64,000 bases of DNA, taken from positions 180,022 to 244,021 of the forward strand of contig WELB01000031.1 in assembly GCA_009602725.1 (NCBI GenBank), written 5' to 3'. This document shows positions 25,661 through 38,274 of this stretch, piece by piece (within the stretch, counting starts at the first letter, position 1; each line of letters starts with the position of its first letter). The position numbers and the translations under genes were made by a program. Source of the DNA: Spirogloea muscicola. Lineage: Eukaryota. The notes beneath the pieces are model-generated. The model saw only the letters and a program-made list of their open reading frames with translations. It was not told where the DNA came from and did no database searches.

Positions 25661-25923
25661 GGGGCGCATGGAGAGGGCACGTGGCGAGGCGCCGCGTGGA
25701 CGCTCACGCCACGTGGCAAGCCGGGGAAGGGGGGCGGAGCCTGGCAGGCCGCCTGGCAACCCCGAGCCATGGCTGCCCAGCACAGCCTCTTCCCCCTCCC
25801 CCCACATCACACCTCCCCCCTCCGGCCCCACTTGCGTTTCCGCAGCCCACAAGCGCAACCTCGCTCCTGCAGCCTTCCTTGCCTTCCTCGCCCTCGTCCC
25901 ACCGCTCGAAGCACCTTCCAGCC

Positions 25924-26791
25924 ATGGCCGGTGAGCCGCCAAGCCTCTCACAGCCTCCTCTCCTCCCTGCCGTGCCGTCTCTGGACTGCTGCCTTGCTGC
26001 TGACCTTCTGACACCCATGTGGCCGGGCAAGGCGTGGGAGCTTGCTCGCGGCCCTGCCACGACTCGCCCGGCAAGCTCGCCCACAACGAGCTCAAGGTGA
26101 CTGAGGGGCTCCGGTCTGCACTCATGCTCTGTCTTGGGACGTGCCGCAGGCTATCCGCCTCAGGACCCATATAGGACTGGCGGTGGGCAGCCCCCGCAGC
26201 AGGGCGGCGGCGTGCGGGGCATTGTGGGTGATATCGTGGACCACATTCCCGGCATGGGCCACCAGCACCAGGGGCAGCACCAGCAGCCCGGCTACGCCAC
26301 GGGCGGCATGGCCGGCGGCCCTGGCTATGGAGGCCAGGGCTATGGAGGCCCGCCGCCTGGCATGGCAGTGCAGCCAGGCATGGGGCAGGGCTACCCGCCC
26401 GCCCCAGGCGGATATCCGCCTCAAGGTCTGCCTCGCCCTGTCTACTTGATGGCAATCACAAGAGCTCGCCTATGATGACTTGCGTGTTGGGCGCTTGCCT
26501 GATTGCTTCTTGCATGTCGTGTGTCGAGCAGGCGCATACCCGCAGCAAGGCGCGTACCACGAGGGTCACGGTTCGCACGGCTTCAAGAAGCATGGCAAGT
26601 TCAAGAACAAGAAGGTCAGCAAGCTGCCCCCACTGCCGCTCCCCATTCTGTTAGTGTCCAGATTGTGCAGCAGCTTGCGCAGTCTAGCGCAGCGCAACTT
26701 GTTCTGTCCACCTTCTCGGGCACTGTGTGCAGCAAGCGCGTCTACGGCCGCTGATGCACTGCTGCAGAATGGGCAGCATGCCTACACGTGA
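25924..26791 (+). CDS. Small Gly/Pro/Gln-rich protein (GYPP repeats; basic His/Lys C-terminus, similar to plant glycine-rich protein A3)
   Basis: Splice model: ATG GCC G|gtgag (25924-25930), then exons 26150-26425, 26532-26613 and 26767-26791. Product MAGYPPQ...GYPPAPGGYPPQGAYPQQGAYHEGHGSHGFKKHGKFKNKK. Confidence 0.75.
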
Positions 26792-27504
26792 AGAGTGCAT
26801 AGAGTGACAGGGCAACTAATCTTATGCAGTTTACATGTCGTGTTGTTGCAGTGAGCGGAATTTCTGGCAAAATCATGTTACCGTTCTGTGGGTGACTTGA
26901 ACAGAATTTGTATGCACGTTTGCTCCTTGTGTCATTTAGACAAATGTCCAGGCCACATAGTGCTGTGGACGGACTGTTAAGTAGACAAATGTCCACATAG
27001 TACTGTGGGCAGACAGTCAATTTTCAGTCCCAAAGCAAGGCTGTATATTTGGTGACAAGACTTTTGTTTGGAGGTTTGTCCTTCTACCTTTGAACATTCT
27101 AGTGCATTGGCAAACATGTTGAGGGTCTTTTTGGTCAGATGGACTGCTTTATGTTTGATACAGTGCATGCAGCTCTTCATAGTAGCAACATTGAGGCCAA
27201 TACGAGTTTCACAAACCAAGAATGTAACAAGTGCAATGTGCTGCAGTGCAAGATGTAAAGCATAAGTAATAGTTGTGCAAGACATATTCTTGTGCAAGAC
27301 GTGTTACCGATCTAAGACGTTAGTCTCCAAGGCGTAGCCAAGGAAAAAAATAATGCTACAATTGGCAGTGGCAGTGTGACCGACGTATTGTGTGACCGAC
27401 AACACTGCTACTGCAGAATAACAAAATCGACTGTCTGCCAAGTAGCATTGCAGTGCCCACTTTATAAGAGGCAGTCCTCAGCAGCAGAGTCGTGATTGCC
27501 CACC

Positions 27505-30500
27505 TCATAACTTCTTCTGCAACCAGTTGAACGCTCCTGAAGCAACGGCTCTGCAGTGGCCTCGCAAGTTGTGGCAATACACAAGGAATGTCAAGGCGAG
27601 GAATGATCAACCGATGGATGAGCTACGCTTAGTACTCGCCAATGTGCTATTGACGCCGAAGATTGCGCATCCAAACACGCCATATCAACAGGAGCCTAAT
27701 GACAGCTACTACTGCTGCCGCACTTGCGACAACTGCCACAACCAGGCTAGGTAGTGGGGGCGCAGCCGTGGGGATGACATAAGACTCTGGCTCGTTGTGC
27801 AGCAGCACAGCTCTTCTCTCAAGCCCAGATATTGTGCGCCTAAGCAGGGTGCAACAGTATGCCGCCGCTAACCATCAATACAAGCATACATCAACCTCTC
27901 CCGCACAACACCCAACAGCACACTTTATAGAGCTAAAGTTGACTTTGCTTGCAACTGGAGCAATTGCTCCTCGCAATGAGTCGATGACCATGCACCAGGC
28001 AGGCATGGAGGTGCATGTGAGCGTGCTCACCCAGCTGCATTCCGTATGGAGCCTAGCACGCCGCCATTCTGCTCCGAAGAGCTAGCTCCATTCTGGGTCT
28101 CAACAGCACCTGTGCTTGCTTGCCTAGGATTGCTCTCCTGGGGCCCTGCACAAATTGGAATGGACTTTAGCACAAAACCTGGTACAACCAACAGATGGAC
28201 TGCAGGCTACATCTGAAAGCTGAATCAATCAGCAAACACCACTGCATTACTAGGACTTGGCATCAGAAGCTTTACAATCTTTCACCAGCTACAGTCAAGG
28301 ACTGTGCATGACTGTTATGTATCTGATTGCCCTCAGGGCAGCTGATATGGCATAGGGCCGCATCTCACAACTTAGAGTCGTTTTGCCCGCCATTGTCTTG
28401 GACTTACTCGTCCTGCCTCGCAGGCCCGACTTGTGTATGCTTGCAAGCTCCGTCACCAGCTCTTTCTCAGAGTCACTGAAAGGGACGCAAAGACATCTAA
28501 GTGAGGACGCTCTGATGACAGGCATGCAACAACATAAGCGGAGCTGCTGCGCAAGGCGGAGAACGACAAAGGATGCAACGATGCTCCTCAGAAGTGGTAG
28601 AAGTGGAGGGCAGGAGAAGTGCCCAGCAGCTGCCCCACAGGTCAAGCTGATGCCCTGGTGCTAACCTGAGCCTCGTTGGGATGCCCACTTTGATGCTGAA
28701 GAAGTGGTCACCCCGGACGGCCGGCTTGGTCAGCTTCGGCACGCCCATCTTGGCGAGCACGAGCACGTCGCCCGGCTGCGTGCCCGCCGGCACTTGCAGG
28801 TCCATGGTGCCTTCCACCGTCTTCACCTGACGCAGGAGGCCGCTGTCCGGCTGAGCGTGCTACGACAACTTATGTCATGCCCAATTGAGCTGGCAGCTGG
28901 AAGCTCGGTGCTGGAGCTTGGAGAGGCAGGAGGTGAAGCCGGCCGACTGACCTTGACGACTGTGCCGAGGATCGCATCTGTGAAGTCAATGGGGACCTTG
29001 GAGTACAGGTTGATGCCGTCTCGTTGGATGTCCGGGTGCTCTCGGACTTGTACATACACGTACAGGTCTCCTGGCGGGCCTCTGAACGGAAGCACCGGCA
29101 CAAATCATGAGGGGCTCGCTTGAAAAATCATGACTCGGTAGCGCAGTGCACAACCCCGCAGTTGGGTTGAGCATTAGGTGCCGGTCATCAGCTATGCTTC
29201 GGAATGTCTGGGACCCTACCAAAAGTTGACGTCATTTGTAAGGCCTGAGATCTCAAAAAGAAGTGACCATTGAAAGGGCAGGGCCCTACCCCCGCGGCCC
29301 AGCGTCCCCTTCACCGCGCACGCGCAGCGCAGAGCCGCTGTTGACGCCGGCGGGGATCTTGAGCTTGATACTCTTCTTCACGCGCACACGCCCCTCGCCG
29401 CCGCACTTGCGGCAGTAGTCGGAGATCACCTCCCCCTCCCCGCCGCAGGTCGAGCACGTCGACACCTGCGAGAAGGCGCCGAAGGGCGTCTGCTGCGTGC
29501 GCATGACTTGGCCCATGCCTCCGCACGTGGCGCACGTCTTGCGCGAAGTGCCGGCACGCGAGCCGGAGCCGCTGCACGCGCCACAGGTCTCCAGGTGCCC
29601 CGCCTCAAAGTCCTTGTCCGCGCCGAACACAGCCTCGGTGAAGTCCAGCGTCATGTCCACCCTGGCAGAGGCACGCTCAGGTACATAGTTGGCGGTCTGG
29701 CAGGTGTCCGGCTAGCGATTGCAGCGAGGGCCATGAGCTCGAACGACAACAACCACCGAGTGAGAGGTGAGTCGTTTGGCAGACCTGACGTCGTCCCCTT
29801 GGACGGCACGGGCAGTGCGGCGCCCGCCGCCCATGCCGCCCATGCCGCCCATGCTCCCGCCAAAGAACGACTCGAAGAGGTCGAAGGGGTTGGTCTGCCA
29901 GGGCCGCCACAGCCGGAAACGGTGAGCGGCTACGGGCGGCTCGGCGAGTCCACTAGCAGCAGTCTCAATGGCCGCCAGGCAGCAGCACAGGGCTTCGCCA
30001 GCGGACTGCAGCGCTGCCGAGCTGCCAGAATACAGCTGGGTGCCGACTGGCGGTGGTGCCTACAGTGTAGGCGCCGGAGCCGCCCATGCCTGCTGCGCCC
30101 TTCAGGCCCGCCTCCCCGAACTGGTCATACACCGACCGCTTGTCGTCGTCCGAGAGGATCTGCGGCAGCGCCAGACGATGGCCACCTTGCAACCACGCTC
30201 GGGGCCTCACACCGTGGCTAGAAAGATTGTTGGGTTGTGGGGGCCAATGTTGATGGCAGTGGCGGAGAGGCGCGGCCCCGGCTCTGATGGCTCGCCGGCT
30301 GTGGGAGCGCCTCACCTCGTAGGCCTCGCTGATGGACTTGAACTTGTCCTCCGCGCCCGCGTCCTTGTTGACGTCCGGGTGGAACTGGACGCCATGGACG
30401 GGCCCTGGGGTTAGGGTTCCGCCCCCAAAACCCCAAACCTTGGGCCTCGGACCCTAACCTAAAGCTGGACCTTGGCACGGCGTGGCCACGCCTCGGCCGA

Positions 30501-30658
30501 CCTGGCGCGCCAGCCGGCGGTACGCGCTCTTGATGTCCTGCTTGCTGGAGCCCTTGGCGACGCCCAGCGTGGCGTAGTAGTCGCCGGCCATGCACACCGC
30601 CGCCCCCGCACGGCCGCCGCAGCCGCCGCCGCCGCCGCCGCCGCCGGGTCGCCGCCGG
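27505..30658 (-). CDS. dnaJ: Type I (class A) DnaJ/Hsp40, plastid DJA-type; N-terminus in gap
   Basis: J domain DYYATLG...YRRLARQ|FHPDVNK, G/F region, four CxxCxGxG repeats and GPPGDLYV. Last exon AVASGAFNWLQKKL* (TGA at 27505-27507) resembles plant plastid DJA C-termini. Confidence 0.93.
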
Positions 30659-31310
30659 NNNNNNNNNNNNNNNNNNNNNNNNNNNNNNNNNNNNNNNNNN
30701 NNNNNNNNNNNNNNNNNNNNNNNNNNNNNNNNNNNNNNNNNNNNNNNNNNNNNNNNNNNNNNNNNNNNNNNNNNNNNNNNNNNNNNNNNNNNNNNNNNNN
30801 NNNNNNNNNNNNNNNNNNNNNNNNNNNNNNNNNNNNNNNNNNNNNNNNNNNNNNNNNNNNNNNNNNNNNNNNNNNNNNNNNNNNNNNNNNNNNNNNNNNN
30901 NNNNNNNNNNNNNNNNNNNNNNNNNNNNNNNNNNNNNNNNNNNNNNNNNNNNNNNNNNNNNNNNNNNNNNNNNNNNNNNNNNNNNNNNNNNNNNNNNNNN
31001 NNNNNNNNNNNNNNNNNNNNNNNNNNNNNNNNNNNNNNNNNNNNNNNNNNNNNNNNNNNNNNNNNNNNNNNNNNNNNNNNNNNNNNNNNNNNNNNNNNNN
31101 NNNNNNNNNNNNNNNNNNNNNNNNNNNNNNNNNNNNNNNNNNNNNNNNNNNNNNNNNNNNNNNNNNNNNNNNNNNNNNNNNNNNNNNNNNNNNNNNNNNN
31201 NNNNNNNNNNNNNNNNNNNNNNNNNNNNNNNNNNNNNNNNNNNNNNNNNNNNNNNNNNNNNNNNNNNNNNNNNNNNNNNNNNNNNNNNNNNNNNNNNNNN
31301 NNNNNNNNNN

Positions 31311-31652
31311 GGTGGCGGACCCGGCGCGGGCGGCTCCGGCGAGTTCGCGCTGGTGACGCAGGTCGTGGGCGGCGTCGGCGGGCAGCATCTGCGGGGCGAC
31401 GACGAGGGCGGGGGCAATGGCGGCGGCGGCGGCGGCGGCAGCGGCGGCAAGGCCCGCCTGGGCAAGCGGCACCGCACGGTGTTCACGCCGGAGCAGCGCG
31501 CGGAGCTGGCGGAGTTCGCGCACAAGGTGGAGTGGCGGCTGCGCAAGCAGCACGAGGCCGAGATCCAGGCCTTCTGCGCTCACATGGGCATCGCCCAGCA
31601 GGTGCTCCGCAACTGGATCCAGAACAACAAGCACACGCTGGTCGCCAAGTGA
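31311..31652 (+). CDS. ZF-HD family transcription factor, C-terminal homeodomain (zinc-finger part presumably in gap)
   Basis: KRHRTVFTPEQRAELAEFAHKVEWRLRKQHEAEIQAFCAHMGIAQQVLRNWIQNNKH matches the ZF-HD homeodomain pattern KRFRTKFT.EQK..M..FAE..GW....D...V..FC...GV.R.VLKVWMHNNK. Confidence 0.9.
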   Translation, partial: GGGPGAGGSGEFALVTQVVGGVGGQHLRGDDEGGGNGGGGGGGSGGKARLGKRHRTVFTPEQRAELAEFAHKVEWRLRKQHEAEIQAFCAHMGIAQQVLRNWIQNNKHTLVAK

Positions 31653-33229
31653 GCTCCTCGCCGCCCCGACTCCGCAATGCTGGGCTCCTGCTGCACCGCA
31701 GGCTGTCGTGGCGACGTGCATGTGTATGCGTAACCTCGGGCAAGGGCGGTCGAGCTATCCGGGGAGGTAGGCTTGGAAAGGCTACAAAATACTCACTCAA
31801 CCTCGGAAGTGACGTTGGCTGTTCACTGGTCGCGGCAACCGCGGCCGTCCGCAAGCCTTCCCAGCCGGCAGTGTAGCTGCCGGCGCTGTCATAGTCCAAT
31901 GCATCTGGGCACAGGGCTTGGCTGCCCACACCCCGGCTGGGCTGACGCCTGCCAAGCGGCACCGCCGCCGGCTGTGCAGGAGCAGCCGCACGGCTAGCGA
32001 GGTCGCCCCCCCCAACTTCCCGACCGCGGCGCCCCTGTAAACGGTGGCTTGCGTACGCAGGCGTGTACCAATGTGCATTGCCACGCCACTCGGGCGCGGG
32101 GCCAGGCCGTGGTCGGTCGCTGTCGGCGTTGCCGCCGCGGTTCCCGGCTGAGGCTCTCGCTACAGCACCCCTGGCTCAATCTTCTCTTCTCCCCTCTCAG
32201 TACATGGCACGTCCTGAGCCCCCTCCCTCCCCCCCCTCCACAAATAATGCTGGCCTTAAGCCGCACGATGATGGCCTTGCCTCAGCGGCACCAGCAGCAC
32301 TGTCTGTGGCGGCCTCCTGCTACACAGTCCCCATTGCTACGCTGGCCTCTCGTGCTCGTGCTGGTCAGCAGCGACCACTGGCTATTGGTGAGCAAGGGCC
32401 GGCCCTTATTGGTGGGTGTACACTACGCCCTGCTTGGTGACACTCCTTTTGACGATGCCATTCCCTGTCGCAGTAGGAAGGAGGGCCCCACGGGCTCCCG
32501 TTTTGCAGCTGCACCACGGTGGCTGGCGAGCAGGCGGTCGTGTAAAGCTTGCTCACCCTTGCTTTGTCCAGTAGCAGCACCTCCGAGACTGCTCAAGGTG
32601 CTGACCTTGAGAGTGCCCCGTGTAGAAGCAAGTGCATGCCGGAATGCCACTAACACAACGTCTTTGTCTGCGACGCATTCACTGGGCAGTTCTGGGCACA
32701 TCCGCAGCCGGTGCTGCAGAGGGTTTAGCTGCGCAAGCTGCTCCAAGCGCCAGAATCGCAACTGGGAAGCCGGTGTTATCCAGCAGGGCAGTAAGCTGAG
32801 GGGGATCTGGGGTTGGATGTCGGGTGGCTAGCAGAGGCAGGGTGCCCGTGGGGTGTACAGGCGTGGTCTATGCTGGGGCTATTACGAAGGTCAAGCGCGA
32901 CTGCTGAAACTGAAAAGGAGATAAGGAGATGCTCTAGAAGGACAGTGGCTGTCAATACAGACACAAATAACAGGCAGACGGCGCCAGCATCTGAGGAAGC
33001 TGCAGCTTCGGATCCAGCAGCGGCGACCTCATCATCGCACGTCTCCAGCAGCCCCATGCCAGCAGCTGGTGGTCAGGCCGTTCTGTACGCAGCAATGGAC
33101 CTTTGCTCAGAGGAGCAGCGGTGTAGTTCTGATGATTGGAAGAGGGAGGCTGGATCCTCCCAGTTTGTCCAATTGACCTGGTTCCGCTCCAATGGGCGGG
33201 GCTTTTACAACCATCGCTCCGCTTTGGGG

Positions 33230-34330
33230 GAGACGACCTTCTCTTGGGCTATTCCACAGCCATTGGCCCCCTTTGCAGGCGTGAGATGGCTGTCTTTGGT
33301 GGGCTAGCCTTTCACAGTCCTCGCCCCCCTTTGAAAGAGCTGCTTCTTCTCTTGCAGGACCTGCTTCCTTTTCTCTCTGCAATGGCAAAAATCGCGATAA
33401 AGAGAGGGGGAAGGCACGTGGTGCGCTTGAAATGAAAGCGTGGCTACTTCAAGCCAATGCATTACACAGACATTCAGACAATGTATTGGCTTGTAAAGAG
33501 AGAGATAGCGCGTGGCGCACACAGATCGAGCCAAACACACTGGGCCACGAGGGCCGGCGGGGCGATGGGGTGCCTGCGCAGAGCGGAGGTGTGATTGTCG
33601 GTAACCAGCAAAAAAGCCAATCAAAGGGTGACGATGGCACGGAGCGAGCCGACGCACGAGCCGACGGAAGGAGAGCCAGAAGGGAAGCGCGGCCAGATTG
33701 ACTGGTGGCTGGGAAAGGCCAGCCCACAGGAATGGACAAGGTCTGAAGGAGCCGGAGTACAAAGGACTAGGACTAAGAAATCAGCCAGGGAACGCTCAGT
33801 AACCTCTAGTCAGGAGATGCAAGTCTGAGTAGCTAGCCGGCGGAAAGACGTTGCCCTGACGGAAGCCGGAGGCCGCCGCCAAAGCTCGGCCTGCGCGCAA
33901 GTGAACCGCGAAGGCAAGGGACCGCTGCATCGAGATGGCCAAACGCATTCGGAAGACTTGTGCGAGGGGACCCGGCGACGTTGAAGCCGGGCTGCTCGAG
34001 GCGGCGGGCCGCGGACGAGTGGCGTAGGCAGGCGGGGCTAATCAGAGAGCACGAGCTTAGAGAAGAAAGGGCTCGCCCATTGAGGATAGGGGGCCAGAGG
34101 AAGCCAGAGGAAGGGCTTCGACGATGGGGCCGACACCTGTCTGGCTGCCAGCCATGCTCGCTGGACCCGGGGGTCCCAGCGGGTTACTGAGTAATTTGTA
34201 GCTGCTTTCTTTCTTTGTGTGCTTTGGTTTCTTAGCGCTTCCTCTGGCTTCCTCTGGCCCCCTTCTCGTTCTTTGTTCATTCTTTTTTGGGCTGGCTTGT
34301 CCAGCCCCTATCCTCAATGGGCGAGCCCTT
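33230..34330. mobile_element. Cluster of CRE-like retrotransposon 3' ends
   Basis: Minus strand ~33970-33796 reads LAQVFRMRLAISMQRSLAFAVHLRAGRALAAASGFRQGNVFPPASYSDLHLLTRGY*. Segment 33683-33855 recurs at 61833-62005. Confidence 0.82.
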
Positions 34331-34517
34331 TCCTCAGCGGGAGCGGCGCCGTCCCTTGCAGCCCCGTCGGCCTTGCTGGATGGGTTGTCCCGTAAACGTC
34401 GGGGACTCTTCCGTTGACCTCTTCCGTCTCGCGCGCTCTAAGTCAGGCCTCCGGCTTTCGTGGCGGCGCTCCAGCTCCCCAAGTTAGCTTGTCAGATTTG
34501 TTTGTGCTCACCCGTGG

Positions 34518-34780
34518 GTACTAATGTCATCTTAGGTACCTTAGATTAGGTCTCCGTATTATATAGCATTGTTTAGTCTGCACTCGACTCTGCCTGAACA
34601 ATGTATTGGCTTGAATTGGCCTCCCTTTCAATTCATGCGCCCCGCGCGCCTTCCCCCCCTTCCGTCGCCCTTGGCCTTCATGCGCTAGCTTTTGCCTGAA
34701 GACGATTGGCTTAGATTGGCCTCGCTGGCAGCGTCTTTTCTTCTCATGCGCACCGCGCGCCTTCTCTCGTCCATTTTGGC
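34518..34780 (-). repeat. Second copy of the 16851-17060 repeat, plus a further degenerate tandem arm
   Basis: Reverse-complement match to 16925-17060; second arm 'attggcttagattggcctc...atgcgcaccgcgcgccttctc' at ~34705-34768. Confidence 0.85.
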
Positions 34781-34879
34781 CCAACACAGAGGTTTGTTCT
34801 ACAAGAAACGGTCGAAGGCCGTGGATAGAGGACGAAGCACTTCATTCAAAGCGATCGAAGGCTGTAAAAAGAGGACGTA

Positions 34880-35900
34880 TCAGCTCACCTTGAAGGGGCG
34901 AGGGCTGTGAAGAAGGCATGCTCTTTTCACAAGCAAGCTGCTTTGGAAAGCAAAGGGGGCGATTGCTGCGACTTTGCTGCTGTTTCTGGGTTGAAAGCAG
35001 CGGCAAAGCTTCACTCCAGCTGCGAGGTGAAGCTCACTCACTTCAGCTCCACTTACTAAGCTCCCCTTCGCTGTAGCCAACTTGCATGGCTGCGATGTAG
35101 GCGCCTTCCTTGAGCATTTTCTTTTACCTTCCGGCCTTCCAGCTACGAACTACTACAGAGTAGCTACTTGCATAGCTGTGTTGCTTTTAGCACCTTCTAC
35201 CCAAGGGGGCGAGGGCCGTGACAGAGGAACGCTCCTCCGAAGGGGGCAAGGCCAGTCCGAAGGGAAAGGACAAGCTTCGAAGGGGCCGGAAAGACAGTCT
35301 CCTTGGAAGGAGCTTGCTTTGCAGCCCTCGCCTCCTCTGAAAGAGCTACTTCTTCTGGCACCCTGAGTGGTTTCGACGTCTCTCCCGGCTCCTTTGGAGC
35401 TTGTTCATGCGTTTGTGGCTCGTGGCTGCCTTTCCCTAGAGAAGAGGGGCTGGCAAAGAAGAAGAAGAAAGTGCTCGCCCATAGAGAAGAGGGGCTGGCA
35501 AAGCCAACCCAAAAAGAATGGAAGGGGTCGGGAGCTGTGAAAAGCAAGAAATGCCAGAAACAGCTCTTCCAATCTTACCGCAATGGCTGTGAGAGGCCAG
35601 TCCAAAGAAGTGGCTCTCCCACTCCCGATGGGGGCAAGTGCTGTGAAAACGATGATACACGGTCTGCAAGAAAGTGCTCGCCTATAGAGAAGAAAGCCAG
35701 CCCAGAAAGAATGGACAAACGACGTGAGCTCTCCCAAAAGAAGAAAGTGCTCGCCCGTTGAGGATAGGGGCTGGAAAAGCCAGCCCAAAACAGAATGAAC
35801 AGAGCACGGGAAGGTGGCCAGGGGAAGCGCTAAGAAAAACAAGCACACAAGGAAGGGGGGCGGGGGTTGTGAGTGGCCGGCCCAGGAAGGAGTGGACAAG
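34880..35900. mobile_element. Cluster of CRE-like retrotransposon 3' ends (mostly minus strand)
   Basis: Several gtgctcgccc...ggggctgg..aagcca.ccc units preceded by (GAA)n. Confidence 0.75.
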
Positions 35901-36126
35901 GTCCAAGGGACCGAAAGGCGCCAAGATCACACAGCAACGTAAGCCTCGACCCGTCTGGAAGAGCCACGTTCTCGTGCTTCCCAGAGAGCTTGTGCAAGAG
36001 GAGCTGCTTGTTCTTCTTCGGTGGAGAGGCGGCTCTGCGCTGCTCTGCGCCCCCGGGGCGGGCCGAGGCGCGGGGGGTGGCCGGCCCGACCGCCGGGATT
36101 GCGGGGGCTGGGGGGGCTTGCCGCGN

Positions 36127-37490
36127 CCCGCCGACGGCGGTGCCACAAGCCCGCTGCTTGGGGTGACATCGAGGAGCTGCTGCGCCGGTACAGCGGCTGC
36201 TGGGAGTACGCGACAGACCCGGCTCCGCGGCTTGTCCTGGACACCACGGCCCTGGACGCCCATGCCGCGCTGGCCGCCAGTATCGCGTGGATCAGTGAAG
36301 TCAGCAGTAGCTGCACGTCGATTGCTCACAGCACAACTGCCACAGCAGGCACCAAACTTGCAGGCTCTTGACGGGCTCGGAAGTCCTCCGGTTGATTGCC
36401 CAAGTTGCAGCACGCACCGGCGAAGCTGACAGGAGAGCATGGTGCAGAGGCCAGACAGCAGCAGGGTGCTGAAGGATGCAGCTTGGCTTTGAGAAATGTG
36501 CAGTGGGAGAAGTGAGGCAGATTACTTTTGTGGAGGTATGGCTGGATGACCTCTTGCCTGCTGGTCAGGCAAATGCCCAGTCACGCATCCCCTGCTCACT
36601 GAAGAAGCTGGACGAGCTTACTTGGGGGCAGAAGGGCTTGCAACTTGCCGGGCAGGTATCTGGCAACATATTCGGGCAATTATTAGCAACCTCTACTTGC
36701 TGATCCATGGTTACTGAGCGGCTTTGCAGCAGTTGATGTACATCTGTTGATATACTTGCCTTTGTACTTGGCCATTCAGGCGCTTCGTCACTCGATTTAA
36801 TCCTACCCTGCTCATTGAGTTGGTGCTATTTATGAGTCTGTCTTCTATACGTCTCTACTTTCTGGCAGAGTCAGACCTGCATGTCTGCCTGGAAAGACAT
36901 TCTGGTGCAAACATCATATTCAATCGCCCAAGTGAAGTACGATCTTAAGCCCTTGTGACTGTTGACTGCAAGGTAGACACAGAGGCGCCTAAGAGGTTAT
37001 TTTGGGTCTGGGTCTGGGCCAAAAAGGAAATGTGCTGAAGCAGTCAATTGACGCCACTGAATACGAACTGCCAAATTTGCTACCAGGCAAGCACCAGCCA
37101 GATGGTGTATGCCAATTATGTGAGCAACATGCGCCCGCAATTTGAGATTATGCCAAACTCTCCTGTGTCTCGTGAAGGCACCCTGAGGTAATGTGTAAAG
37201 GGCGGTGACGTGAGGATTGGCGTTTCTATTTGCATCCTGATAATATCTTCAATCCTGGCTAAAATCGTTACCCGACCAATACCTCACTGTCTCGGTACCC
37301 TATGTCACCTCCCTGCTTGTGGTGAGGACAATCAGATACTCTAGAACCAGTTGCTGCCTTTTCTAATGATCAGAAGCTGGCGAAAATAGCCTCCAGATGT
37401 GAATGAGCTCAAGGACAGCCTTGCGCAGAAGCTGCTCTGCAAGCACTCTGACTGCCAAACTACTCAAGGAAGCTCAAGCCTAATCAAGGG
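36127..37490 (+). CDS. Hypothetical multi-exon protein, function not recognised
   Basis: Exon-like blocks: ..WGDIEELLRRYSGCWEYATD..AWISE | LGFEKCAVGEVRQITFVEVWLDDLLP..KKLDELTWGQKGLQLAGQ | VDTEAPKRLFW | ASTSQMVYANYVSNMRPQFE. Plausible GT/AG borders; both ends uncertain. Confidence 0.5.
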
Positions 37491-38274
37491 TCTGTGGCAC
37501 GGCAACTGCCACAATAAGGGCAGCTACCATCTCATTGATTGGCTAGTATATTCACAGCCTGCAAGTACTGTACCTAGAGAGAGGACCCAATGTGGGCCTC
37601 TTGCTTTAGAACGACCAAAACTTGTGCAATGTGCTCCATGCACCCTCGGTCGTTGCCATGCCATTAGTCCCTAGCTCCCTATCCTGGAGGGGCTGTGAGT
37701 CAGGGGCCAAGGAGAGTGCAACTTGCTGCCGCCCAGTCAAAGTCAAGAGGCAGAAGAAGTGATATGCAATTTGGGCACACTCTTCGTCATGCTGACGTCG
37801 CTGCACGACCTTGTGCGTCCAGAAGTTGCTTGGCATGGAGCTTTTGTCCCACTCTTTGTGGACCTCGTTCCGCAAGTGCACATTAGGTGTCAAGAGGTAC
37901 TGCAGCTGTTAAGAAGGTGCACTCTCAAACCACCCTTGAATGCCAGGACCAGGCAACAACCTCTGCCACTTGTTTCTCTGGTCACGGCCATTCTCACGAT
38001 CGTCGCGGCCTTGTCTTACATGATCTGGTGTTGCTCCAGCCAGCCCCCCTCCAGCTCTGCAAGGTTTTGACAAGAAGAGCCATGCGACCAAGACCGTGGG
38101 CGAGGGTCCCACAGATGACAGCCAGCGTGGTCAAAAGGCTCGCAAAGTTTGCCAGAACCTGATTGCCCTGCTGGGCGAGGTCGCGTGCCATCCACGACTG
38201 GATCACCCTGTCCTGCGTTGCGATGCTGAGGGCAAAGCCGCCCTCGCCTTGCTTCTCATGCTGGGCCGCCGCAG

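Noticed and set aside
27356..27610. Harbinger transposase-like stretch (RWAITTLLLRTASYK)
   Set aside because: Another frame gives the last DnaJ exon AVASGAFNWLQKKL*; the resemblance looks coincidental.
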